Shown piece by piece: positions 9,512 through 18,420 of a DNA stretch of 64,000 nucleotides; position 1 is the first letter of the stretch, and each line of letters begins with the position of its first letter. The DNA lies in NCBI GenBank assembly GCA_017549125.1, contig JAFYVL010000025.1, forward strand, positions 37,025 through 101,024, read 5' to 3'. A program made the translations under genes and the position numbers. The notes below the pieces were generated by a model. It did not search any database. It had not been told where the DNA came from and saw nothing but the letters and a program-made list of their open reading frames with translations. Origin of the DNA: Oscillospiraceae bacterium (GTDB lineage Bacteria > Bacillota > Clostridia > Oscillospirales > Oscillospiraceae).

Positions 9512-11077
9512 TCATTCATCGCGTTCTGTAACCGTTCCCCTTCCCACCAATTCCGGGAAAAAGCGAATATTCACAGAAGCATCCAATTTATCGTAGAGAA
9601 ATAATGTAAACGCCAAAAACAGGATCGGCAGAAAAACGGTCAATAGGACTCTGCCAAACAAGTGGGCATAGAAATTGGGGATCATGCAAATGATCACAGG
9701 AACAGACAGCACCAGCAGTCGCAATGCCATGCTCTTCCAATGATACAGCAGCACCACAAAGCTCAGCTTCACATTTTGCAAAAAGCTGTTGCGATAGACC
9801 GGGATACACACCACCAGGATCAGTGCTATGGGCAGCAGCAGTCCCAAAGCCAGTGCCGTAGGCAGAAACACCAGGTAGGAAGCCATTTGGCTTTCGGTGG
9901 TGTATGCCAACGCACTGCAGCTGACACACAGGTAGTTTACACCGCCTGCCAGGGCACCCAGCAGTAACATCTGCCATCCGTTTTGACGGACACCCTTGCG
10001 GTAGTCCTGCCAAAATGCCACATTTTCACCCCAGGCATACTGCCGGATCACATGGGCAATTCCCGATGCGCCCACAAAAAACAGCATATACAGCACAATA
10101 TCCACCAATACTCTGAACTTTTTCAGTTGCAGAGCCATAGCGGTCAATTCACCTGCTGTCAGTCCGTTTCCCGGTGCATACAGCTGTGCCAGATATATAT
10201 CCTCCATGAGTGCAGCGATGTGGATGGGTGCAGACAGGAGCAGAAGCAGCAAGCCCAGTTTTATAAACTGCCAACGGCGCAGCTGCATCAAATCGAAGAA
10301 CACTTCCTTGCGGTTGTGGGGCAGCATATCCACGGTGTAATCCCTTGCCGCTTCCTTTTGTGCAAAAAAGCCCTTCCGTCTTTTTGGCTTGTCCGGATGG
10401 GGCAGATCACAATGGGTCGGACAGTTCTCGGAAACAATCTTTCCATCCTCCATCCACAGCACCCGATCTGCCAGCCAATTGGCATCCTGTTCATCATGGG
10501 TCACATAGATAACCGTTTGGTTTTGTTTTCTGGCAATATCGTATACCAGCTGACGCATCTGATCCCGGCATTGGGGATCCAAATTGGAAAAAGGCTCATC
10601 GTATAACACGATTTTCGGATCTTTTACCAATGCACGGGCAATGGCCAGTCTTTGCTGCTGGCCGCCGGACAGCTGCTTGGGCAGTCTGGTCAGCAATTTT
10701 TCCAGACCAACCTGCGCCGCCACAGTACGCACCGCCCGGTCGATCTGCTGACGCTTCCAGCCGCCGGAACGCAACGGGAACGCAATATTCTCATAGACCG
10801 TCAGATGGGGATACAGCACATATTCCTGGGATACATAGGCAACGGTTTTGCCGAGGTTTTTTATTTGCTTCCGGTCTTGATTTTCGATCAGCAGCTGACC
10901 GTCCACATAATCCATAAGGCCTGCGATCGCCTTTAACAGTGTAGTCTTTCCGCAGCCGGAGGGGCCCATAAGCACCGCAAACTGCCCAGGCTCTATATGA
11001 AGGGAAATCTGATCCACCGCAACGCCATAGCCCTTTTTTAGTTTGTAAAAAGCAGAAAACGCCTCCAGTTGGATCAT
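9512..11077 (-). CDS. MalK-like ABC ATPase fused to a multi-TM (YesL/DUF624-like) domain
   Basis: GPSGCGKT, LSGGQ, YDEP and THD in the first ~215 aa; about 5-6 hydrophobic helices follow in the same frame. Confidence 0.75.
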   Translation of the reverse strand: MIQLEAFSAFYKLKKGYGVAVDQISLHIEPGQFAVLMGPSGCGKTTLLKAIAGLMDYVDGQLLIENQDRKQIKNLGKTVAYVSQEYVLYPHLTVYENIAFPLRSGGWKRQQIDRAVRTVAAQVGLEKLLTRLPKQLSGGQQQRLAIARALVKDPKIVLYDEPFSNLDPQCRDQMRQLVYDIARKQNQTVIYVTHDEQDANWLADRVLWMEDGKIVSENCPTHCDLPHPDKPKRRKGFFAQKEAARDYTVDMLPHNRKEVFFDLMQLRRWQFIKLGLLLLLLSAPIHIAALMEDIYLAQLYAPGNGLTAGELTAMALQLKKFRVLVDIVLYMLFFVGASGIAHVIRQYAWGENVAFWQDYRKGVRQNGWQMLLLGALAGGVNYLCVSCSALAYTTESQMASYLVFLPTALALGLLLPIALILVVCIPVYRNSFLQNVKLSFVVLLYHWKSMALRLLVLSVPVIICMIPNFYAHLFGRVLLTVFLPILFLAFTLFLYDKLDASVNIRFFPELVGRGTVTERDE

Positions 11078-11087
11078 ATATTTCTCC

Positions 11088-11714
11088 TTAGATCATGTGG
11101 TTTTCAAAACATTCCAGCCAATTTTCCGCGATCACATTGGCACCTGCTACTGTGGGATGAATACCGTCAAACAGGAAATACTCTCCACCGTACTGCTCGG
11201 CAAGGGCATCAAATTGCTCCTGCAGAGAAATATACAGACAACCATGCTTTTGCGCAATTTTTCGTGTGATCTCCGCATACTCTTTAATTTCACAGAACTC
11301 TTTAAACTGCTCTGCCGTTTCCTTTCCTTCCAGCACAAAAGAACCCATGATTATGAATTTTGCATTGGGAAGAACCTTTTTGGTATCGGCGATCATCATG
11401 TCGTAGATCCGTTCAAACCGTTCCTGATCCACGCCGTTGCCGTACTTGATCTCATGGTAAACATCGTTGACGCCCACCATAATGGTCACAACATCCGGGT
11501 CATGATTCCAGCAATCCGCCTTGATCCGCTGATAAATGTCTACAATACGGTTGCCGCTGATGCCCCGGTTGATAATTTCAAACCGTTTCGGGTATTTCTT
11601 TGACAAAGCAGATTCCAGCAGAAACACATATCCGTTGCCATAGCAATAAGGATCGTTCCACTCCCGATTACGGCACATATCCGTAATGGAATCGCCAATA
11701 AATAACAGTTTCAT
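11088..11714 (-). CDS. SGNH/GDSL hydrolase (carbohydrate esterase-like)
   Basis: GDSITD, NRGISGN, GVND and DGIHP blocks. Confidence 0.9.
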   Translation of the reverse strand: MKLLFIGDSITDMCRNREWNDPYCYGNGYVFLLESALSKKYPKRFEIINRGISGNRIVDIYQRIKADCWNHDPDVVTIMVGVNDVYHEIKYGNGVDQERFERIYDMMIADTKKVLPNAKFIIMGSFVLEGKETAEQFKEFCEIKEYAEITRKIAQKHGCLYISLQEQFDALAEQYGGEYFLFDGIHPTVAGANVIAENWLECFENHMI

Positions 11715-11716
11715 AT

Positions 11717-12595
11717 TTATGCCTCGTTGTTCAAACAGATTTTCTCGCCGGTGGTATAGCTGCGGTAAATGGCATCTGCCACCACCACCGGGTCAATAAT
11801 GGATTCCAGGGGGAAGGGTTGCTCCTTGGTTCTGAGCATTTCCACAAACACCTTCAGTTCCTCATCAAAGATGGTAGAAATATCAATGGGCTGATGGACA
11901 ATACCGCCCTTGGTATACAGGGTGCAGGCCGTTTGGAACACACCCTCAGTAAAGTGCAGAGATACCTGGATATCTACATACTCTGCGATCACGATCACAG
12001 TATTGCCCACACGGTTGGCATACACGCTGCGCATATCGCTGCCAAACAGGGCAAAGGCCATCTCGATCAAATGGGGCGCATAGAAGAAAAAGCCGTCATA
12101 TTCAATATTCATAAAGATATTGAAGTTTACGCTGGCGGTGGTCAGTTGACCCTTTTCCCGAAGCTCCTTGATCTTCTCTGCCAATGCTACCACATCCGGT
12201 GCATACTTGCAAGCAGAACCGCCGCAGATCAAGCTGCCGCTTTTCTTCGCCTCTTCCACCAGCTGCTTCACCTCGTCCACGGATACGGTGTAGGGCTTAT
12301 CAATGAACACATGCATACCCTGGCGGATATACTTGATGATCTGATCGTAATGACGGGAACCCCAGCGGGTGGTGATCATAACGGTGTCACAATCCTCAAA
12401 ATCATCGGGGCTGTCCACCACATGGGGAATATTTGCTTTCTCTGCCAGCTGGGATGCGCTGTCATCCACGCCGAATGCCTTTACTACCTGAAAATCCTCA
12501 TAGCGCATTTTCCCTTCCGCATCCGGCAAATTCAGCGCGGTGGCGAAGGATGTGGAGTGTGTGTTTTCTGCGCCAATAATGCCAACTTCAATCAT
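11717..12595 (-). CDS. Gfo/Idh/MocA-family oxidoreductase
   Basis: VGIIGAENTH N-terminus and FIDKP motif. Confidence 0.8.
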   Translation of the reverse strand: MIEVGIIGAENTHSTSFATALNLPDAEGKMRYEDFQVVKAFGVDDSASQLAEKANIPHVVDSPDDFEDCDTVMITTRWGSRHYDQIIKYIRQGMHVFIDKPYTVSVDEVKQLVEEAKKSGSLICGGSACKYAPDVVALAEKIKELREKGQLTTASVNFNIFMNIEYDGFFFYAPHLIEMAFALFGSDMRSVYANRVGNTVIVIAEYVDIQVSLHFTEGVFQTACTLYTKGGIVHQPIDISTIFDEELKVFVEMLRTKEQPFPLESIIDPVVVADAIYRSYTTGEKICLNNEA

Positions 12596-12613
12596 AATTG
12601 CAGCTCCTTTTTA

Positions 12614-14425
12614 TCACAAAATATGTACCATGGTGTTCACCGTAACATAGTAGTGCCAGTTATAGAATGCCAGATGCTCATCGTCACTGTTCTTCCAGGT
12701 AAAGGGCAGGATCTCGTCCTCCAGCTCTTCAATGCGCACACCCTCGTCCAAATGGGTCAGCAGTCTCTGTGCGCAGGTTTTCAGACGCTGGATCAGACCG
12801 CCAAAGCGGATATCCATGATCTCCAGACCCTGTCCCTTACACTCTGTGAGCCATTGCTTGGTAAACGCCTGCTGCAGAACCTCCACTCTACGGATAATTT
12901 CCGGATATACCTGCTCTGCCAGCTGGCGCATAGTCTCGCGATCCTGGCTCTGATAGGCCTTTCGTGTGCGGATACCCAAATCAATTTTCAATTCCAGCAC
13001 ATGGCTCAGCGCCTCTGCAGTTTTGAAGATCTGGGGGAACTGACCGCCGTGATAATCATGCAGCGCCTTGGTAATAGGAGGCATGGAGGGTGCATAGTCA
13101 TCATGCACACGGGCATCCAGGAATCCAGAGAAGGGATCGCTGAACAGGAAGTACTTGCTGGGGCACTCAATGCACAGCTTGCTGTCACCCATCATGTTGG
13201 GCGTATCAATGAGCAAGAAGTCATCCAGTTCCATATCGGTCACCGCCCGAAATACATCGGCAAAGGTCTGCCGATCATCAATGCCGTAATTGCGCAGAGC
13301 AATATAGCACAAAGCAGGCAGCACAGAGAATACAGAGCAGTCTGCGCCGTTATCTCCCCAGCAGGTGGTGTAGAAATTCTTAATATTATGCTTTTCCATG
13401 GCAGGTAGTAATGCATTGGTGGTTTTCATGGTGTAATGGTTATGGGGCACCATACCGATACATTTCCAGGAAGAATTGACCATCCACACATCTCTGCCAA
13501 ATTTATTATGTTCACACAGCATCCGATCGTACTGTTCGGTATCCAGGGAACGGTAATCCCAGTAAGCCAGTCCCACACATTCCGGGACCTTCTCACGAAC
13601 CTCCTGGGGAACAGGATTGGTGCCGTAGTAATCTCCGTTGTTAACTTCTCTGAAGAACATATCCGACCACATATGGGGCTTAAAGCCATACTTTTTAGCA
13701 ATCTCGCACACGCGGTTCAGATGCTTCAGAATAATTGTGAAGCAGTCCACATAGCCATGCTTCTTCAAATACCGTCCCAGACCAACCATATCCGCTTCGT
13801 CCATACCGATATTGATATGCTCTGTCTGGAAGCATTGGCGCATGGAGGCAAACATACCTTCGATCCATGCATAGGTTTCTTCATTGTCACAAAGTAAAAT
13901 ATCGTTCACATCGAACATATGACCCATCTCCCACCATTTTTTGGCAGGCAGTAAATGGGCGAGGGTTTGAATACAGGGAACTACCTGTACATCCAGGCTG
14001 CGACCGTAGGCATCGATCTCCTGCAATTCTTCCTTGCTGTAGCGACCACGCAGGTAACCGAAATAAGGATGTGAATCAATGGGATAAACATCCTCAATAT
14101 ACCAAAGGAACATATTGTAGCCCATTAAGGCATTCAGGCGAATCAATTTCTTGATCGTTTCCACCTTTAGCACGCCGTTACGGGAACAATCGTACATAAC
14201 ACCCATATTATCCAGACGGCAAGAACCCTTGGCGGTAAAATCCTGATCACCATGGCGTTTGAGTTCTACCAAAGCCTTTGCCAGCTGAACCTTATCACTA
14301 TAACGGACGGTAATGCTGCTTCCCTGCCGACATACTTCATAGCCCTTTTCGCAGGCTTCCAATTGCATATTTTCCGGTGCGCTCCAATTCATCTGCGCCG
14401 CCAGCTGGGAAATGATCTCTTTCAT
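12614..14425 (-). CDS. Beta-N-acetylhexosaminidase (GH20)
   Basis: MYDCSRNGV, PCIQTLAHL, catalytic INIGMDEA, MWSDMFF, WGDNGA; RBS-supported start at 14425. Confidence 0.88.
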   Translation of the reverse strand: MKEIISQLAAQMNWSAPENMQLEACEKGYEVCRQGSSITVRYSDKVQLAKALVELKRHGDQDFTAKGSCRLDNMGVMYDCSRNGVLKVETIKKLIRLNALMGYNMFLWYIEDVYPIDSHPYFGYLRGRYSKEELQEIDAYGRSLDVQVVPCIQTLAHLLPAKKWWEMGHMFDVNDILLCDNEETYAWIEGMFASMRQCFQTEHINIGMDEADMVGLGRYLKKHGYVDCFTIILKHLNRVCEIAKKYGFKPHMWSDMFFREVNNGDYYGTNPVPQEVREKVPECVGLAYWDYRSLDTEQYDRMLCEHNKFGRDVWMVNSSWKCIGMVPHNHYTMKTTNALLPAMEKHNIKNFYTTCWGDNGADCSVFSVLPALCYIALRNYGIDDRQTFADVFRAVTDMELDDFLLIDTPNMMGDSKLCIECPSKYFLFSDPFSGFLDARVHDDYAPSMPPITKALHDYHGGQFPQIFKTAEALSHVLELKIDLGIRTRKAYQSQDRETMRQLAEQVYPEIIRRVEVLQQAFTKQWLTECKGQGLEIMDIRFGGLIQRLKTCAQRLLTHLDEGVRIEELEDEILPFTWKNSDDEHLAFYNWHYYVTVNTMVHIL

Positions 14426-14449
14426 AGATATGTTCCTTTCTTTTTTGTA

Positions 14450-14479
14450 TCTTCCATCGGGCTTTCGCCCGATGGAAGA
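14450..14479 (-). promoter_or_regulatory. Intra-operon stem-loop without U tract
   Basis: Perfect 13-bp stem; GAAA loop on the minus strand. Confidence 0.6.
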
Positions 14480-14490
14480 ATTAGATTCAC

Positions 14491-17400
14491 TTACTTGGTC
14501 AGACCCAAAGCTTCTGCCAATGCAGCTGCATCTGCATCTGCCCACAGATCTGCCATATTTGCAAAGTTGCCATTGACATCCAAAGCAAAATCAGACTTAT
14601 CGCCGGCTGTGCCGTTAATCATCATATAGGCGTTGCCGGAGGCATTGACCGCATAACAGTTTTCAAACACAGACTCTGTCATGCCCTTTTCATTCACCTT
14701 ACCAAAGGCAGTACCTACCTCAGCAGCGGCAGCCTTAATCTCCGCCACATTCACAATGCAGTTTCTAACGGCTGCGCCCTTCTTGATCTGACCCGCCAGC
14801 AAGCCGCAGCCCTGGTAGGTCCAGTTGCCGGCGGTCAATCCGTCATCCTGGATAGTACCGTAAATGTAAACATTCTCCACAGTACCGGTCAGAACATTAC
14901 CCACCAGCAGAGCGGTTGCACCCTTGACATAGCTCTTGTCGATCTTCAGGTTCTTGATCGTGCCGGAAACATTGGGGAACAGACCGTTTTTAGAAGCCTG
15001 TGTAAAGACCTTGTAGAGAGTGTGACTTCTGCCATCAAAGGTACCGGCAAAAATATCCGCGCTTTCAAAGAACTTAATGCTGTTGCTAACACTCAGGTAG
15101 CCGCTTTCGGGGTCAATGTCTGCGCCCAGTGCCAGGCTGCCCGTGTAGGTCTTGCCGTCTTCCGCAACCGTCAGATGGGTCTTCATGGCATAAAGCTCAT
15201 CCTTGGTATTGATAACCCAGATAAACTCACCGGTAACGGTGCAATCCATAGCTGTGGTAGCGATCTGCATAGTCAGCGCACCGGAAGGCATAGTTTCCTT
15301 CTGGAAGCTGGCTGCAGGAATGGTCAGAACACCATCTTCCAGGCTGGCATTTTCCATAGGAATACCTGCCAGGGTTACGGACTGCAACGAGCCCTTCAAA
15401 GACTTGTTTTCCAGCACAAAATTCTGGTCTGCCACATTCATATCATAGCTATTTTCTATAGCGATGGAAATGGAAGCTCTTTCAGGTGCAGGCAGCAGGA
15501 AGGTCTCCTCTGCCAGCTTTCTGGCTGCGCTATCCTCATCCAGCCACAGATCTGCAAGACTTGCATAATTTCCGTTTGCAGACAGGGCAAAGTCATACTT
15601 GTCGCCGGCCTTGCCATTGATGATCATGTAGGCTGCGCCGGAGGCGTTAATTGCATAGCAATTTTCAAATACCGCCTCAGTCATACCATTGGTATTGAGC
15701 TTACCGAAGGCAGTGCCCACTTCCAATGCGGCCTCATTGATAGCCTTTACATTGACGATGCTGTTCTTAATGGATGCGCCCTTCTTGATCTGACCCGCCA
15801 GCAAGCCGCAGCCCTGGTAGGTCCAGTCGCCACCGGCGGTCAAGTCGTCATCCTGGATAGTACCGTAAATGTAAACATTTTCCACAGTACCGGTCAGGAT
15901 CTGTCCCACCAGTGCGCCTGCGCAGTTCTTGACATAGCAGTTTTCCATCTTCAGATTCTTGATCGTACCGGAAACATTGGGAAACAGACCGTTTCTAGCA
16001 GCCTGTGTAAAGACCTTGTAGAGAGTGTGACTTCTGCCATCAAAAGTACCGGCAAAAATATCCGCACTTTCAAAGAACTTGACGGTGTTGCTTACGTTCA
16101 GATAACCGCTGCCGGGGTTAATATCCGCACCCAGCGCCAGAGAGCCGTTGTAGGTCTTGCCGTCTTCCGCAACCGTCAAATGGGTCTTCATGGCATAAAG
16201 CTCTTCCTTGGTATTGATAACCCAGATAAACTCACCGGTAATCTCATAATCACAAGCTGCAGTTGCAATTTCCAGAGTCATAGTGCCGGTGGGCATGGTA
16301 TCGAGCATGAATGCTTCCGCAGGAATAGTCAGAACACCATTCTCCCATGTGCCGGTCAAAGCAATGTCTGTGCCGGAAATGGTGATGCTCTCAGGAGCGG
16401 CAGCAATCTGCAGCTTCAGATCATTACCTGCTACATTCATGTCATAGGGTGTATCCAGAGTGATCTGTGCAGAGGGCTTTTCCAGACCCAGCTGCACGGC
16501 CAGAGCTGCCGCGTCAGCATCTGCCCACAGTTCATCCATGGTAGCAAACTGACCGTTTCCGGAATCAGCCGCAAAGGTCACCTTTTCCGGTGTGGTGGCG
16601 TAAGTCATGTAAACCTGACCGTTTGCATTGATTGCGTAGCAGTTTGTAAAGGATGTCCAGTTCATGGCATTGTAGTTGCCAATCTTACCGAAGGCAGTTG
16701 CCAGATTCAAGCCATCGGCAATGCTGACGACCTCTACAATGACATTTTTCACCTTGGCGCTGTCACGATAACGAGCTGCCAACAGACCGCAGCCAAAGTT
16801 ATTAAGCTTATCGTCAGCAATCGTGCCGTTGCTTGTAATAGAGCCCTTCACATAGATGTTTTCCATCTGGCCGGTCAAGATCATACCAACCAGAGGTGCG
16901 GTACTAGACTTAACAGTAGCATTTAATACACGCAGGTTGCAGATCTTGCCGCTTACATTGGTAAACAAACCTTTATTGCTGCTTGCTGCAGACAGGGAAT
17001 GGACAGCATAGCCTCTGCCATCAAAGGTACCAGCAAAATATTCGCTGGTAGTAAAAATACCATTGTTATAACCCATAGCAATCTCTTGGGTAATATCTGC
17101 ACCCAGAGCCAAAGAACCGGTATAGTTAGTACCGTCAGCAACCAGGTGAGATTTCATTGCCCACAGTTCTGTGTCATTGTTGATGACCCAGGTGAAGTCG
17201 CCGGACAGAGTGTGGGTCTTTTCGCTGGTCTTGACCTCCAGGGTCAGAGCGCCGGAGGGCATGGTAGAGATCTGGAAGCTGGCTGCAGGAACGGTCAGCT
17301 TACCGTCCACCAGGGTAGCATCTGCCAGAGTCAGACCGCCCAGGGTGACGCTTTCCAGCTCACCGGTAAAGGCGCCGCTTTCCACAACCAGGTCATTACC

Positions 17401-18294
17401 AGCTACATTCATGTCAAATACGATTGCAGGATACAGAATGCTGTTAACAGTCCAGCTCTGCATAGCCTCGGAGGTAACGATCCAACTGCCCAGAGCCTTG
17501 ATCTGTGCCTGGGAGTAGTTACCGATTTCAGCATTTACAGCCTCAACCATCTGACGCAGATTGCTGCTGTAGCTTTCAGACTCCAGCACAGTACCGTCAT
17601 ACAGCTTGATCTGTACGGTAGCATACAGAGGAGCCTCGCCGTAGTTTTCTGCATCATAATTGTTCACACGCAAGGTCAGGGGTTTGCCAGACTGGAAATC
17701 GGAAGCACCCTTCCATCTTTCCACAGGGCTAAACTGATCCAGCTGCAGGCTGAAGCCAAAAGCTTCTTCCGTGTCCAGCTGGGCAACAACCTTTGCATCA
17801 CCATAGAACACAGCCTTATAGCCAACACCCTTGTTGCCGGTGCTGAGGCTCTGATGGGTAATTGCCAGGTCGTAACGGTGGAAGGAAACGACACCTTCCT
17901 CGTTTACTGCCACATAGCCTTCTTCAGATACATATTCACCGATGAAGTTCAGGATTTTACCGTAACCGTCGGCACAATCATAATCATCGGTAGATGCATC
18001 TTTACCGTACAGAACACCGTCAGTTACAGTAAGCTCTGCCAGGCTATAGCCGTTCAGATCCAGCTGCAGATCACCGGAGACAGAAATCTGTTCCTGAGAG
18101 TCTGCCAGCAGAGTAACAGTTTCGCCATTGGCGTTTGCCACTGCAGCAGCTACGGTAGCGTACTGTTGGTCACCAACACTTGCTACGTATGCGGTTTCTT
18201 CTGCAAAAACCGCCATAGGAAGCATGGACACGATCAGCAATGCTGCTAATACGGTAGCCAGAGAGAATTTTGCGCTGATTTTCTTGAATAACAT
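14491..18294 (-). CDS. Secreted 1267-aa surface protein: ~250-aa N-terminal domain plus 3 (beta-sandwich + GLUG-like) repeats
   Basis: Signal peptide; three units with DMNVA..., WVIN...AMK.HL, LALGADI, FAGTFDGR. Confidence 0.8.
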   Translation of the reverse strand: MLFKKISAKFSLATVLAALLIVSMLPMAVFAEETAYVASVGDQQYATVAAAVANANGETVTLLADSQEQISVSGDLQLDLNGYSLAELTVTDGVLYGKDASTDDYDCADGYGKILNFIGEYVSEEGYVAVNEEGVVSFHRYDLAITHQSLSTGNKGVGYKAVFYGDAKVVAQLDTEEAFGFSLQLDQFSPVERWKGASDFQSGKPLTLRVNNYDAENYGEAPLYATVQIKLYDGTVLESESYSSNLRQMVEAVNAEIGNYSQAQIKALGSWIVTSEAMQSWTVNSILYPAIVFDMNVAGNDLVVESGAFTGELESVTLGGLTLADATLVDGKLTVPAASFQISTMPSGALTLEVKTSEKTHTLSGDFTWVINNDTELWAMKSHLVADGTNYTGSLALGADITQEIAMGYNNGIFTTSEYFAGTFDGRGYAVHSLSAASSNKGLFTNVSGKICNLRVLNATVKSSTAPLVGMILTGQMENIYVKGSITSNGTIADDKLNNFGCGLLAARYRDSAKVKNVIVEVVSIADGLNLATAFGKIGNYNAMNWTSFTNCYAINANGQVYMTYATTPEKVTFAADSGNGQFATMDELWADADAAALAVQLGLEKPSAQITLDTPYDMNVAGNDLKLQIAAAPESITISGTDIALTGTWENGVLTIPAEAFMLDTMPTGTMTLEIATAACDYEITGEFIWVINTKEELYAMKTHLTVAEDGKTYNGSLALGADINPGSGYLNVSNTVKFFESADIFAGTFDGRSHTLYKVFTQAARNGLFPNVSGTIKNLKMENCYVKNCAGALVGQILTGTVENVYIYGTIQDDDLTAGGDWTYQGCGLLAGQIKKGASIKNSIVNVKAINEAALEVGTAFGKLNTNGMTEAVFENCYAINASGAAYMIINGKAGDKYDFALSANGNYASLADLWLDEDSAARKLAEETFLLPAPERASISIAIENSYDMNVADQNFVLENKSLKGSLQSVTLAGIPMENASLEDGVLTIPAASFQKETMPSGALTMQIATTAMDCTVTGEFIWVINTKDELYAMKTHLTVAEDGKTYTGSLALGADIDPESGYLSVSNSIKFFESADIFAGTFDGRSHTLYKVFTQASKNGLFPNVSGTIKNLKIDKSYVKGATALLVGNVLTGTVENVYIYGTIQDDGLTAGNWTYQGCGLLAGQIKKGAAVRNCIVNVAEIKAAAAEVGTAFGKVNEKGMTESVFENCYAVNASGNAYMMINGTAGDKSDFALDVNGNFANMADLWADADAAALAEALGLTK

Positions 18295-18358
18295 GCGAAT
18301 TCCTCCTACTAAATTATTTGCTGCATTGGGGGATGACCCAAATAACAGCTATTTGCTT

Positions 18359-18399
18359 CATAGCACCTCCCGGTATAAGGCCTTACCGGGAGGGCTATG
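18359..18399 (-). promoter_or_regulatory. Intra-operon stem-loop without U tract
   Basis: CATAGC-A-CCTCCCGGTA ... TACCGGGAGG-GCTATG. Confidence 0.55.
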
Positions 18400-18420
18400 C
18401 TGCTTATGTGATTCTTCGGA

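Noticed and set aside
5023-14545. Longer N-termini in the ORF track for uxuA (6237), the kinase (7322) and GH20 (14545)
   Set aside because: They overlap upstream genes; RBS-supported starts are at 6099, 7217 and 14425.
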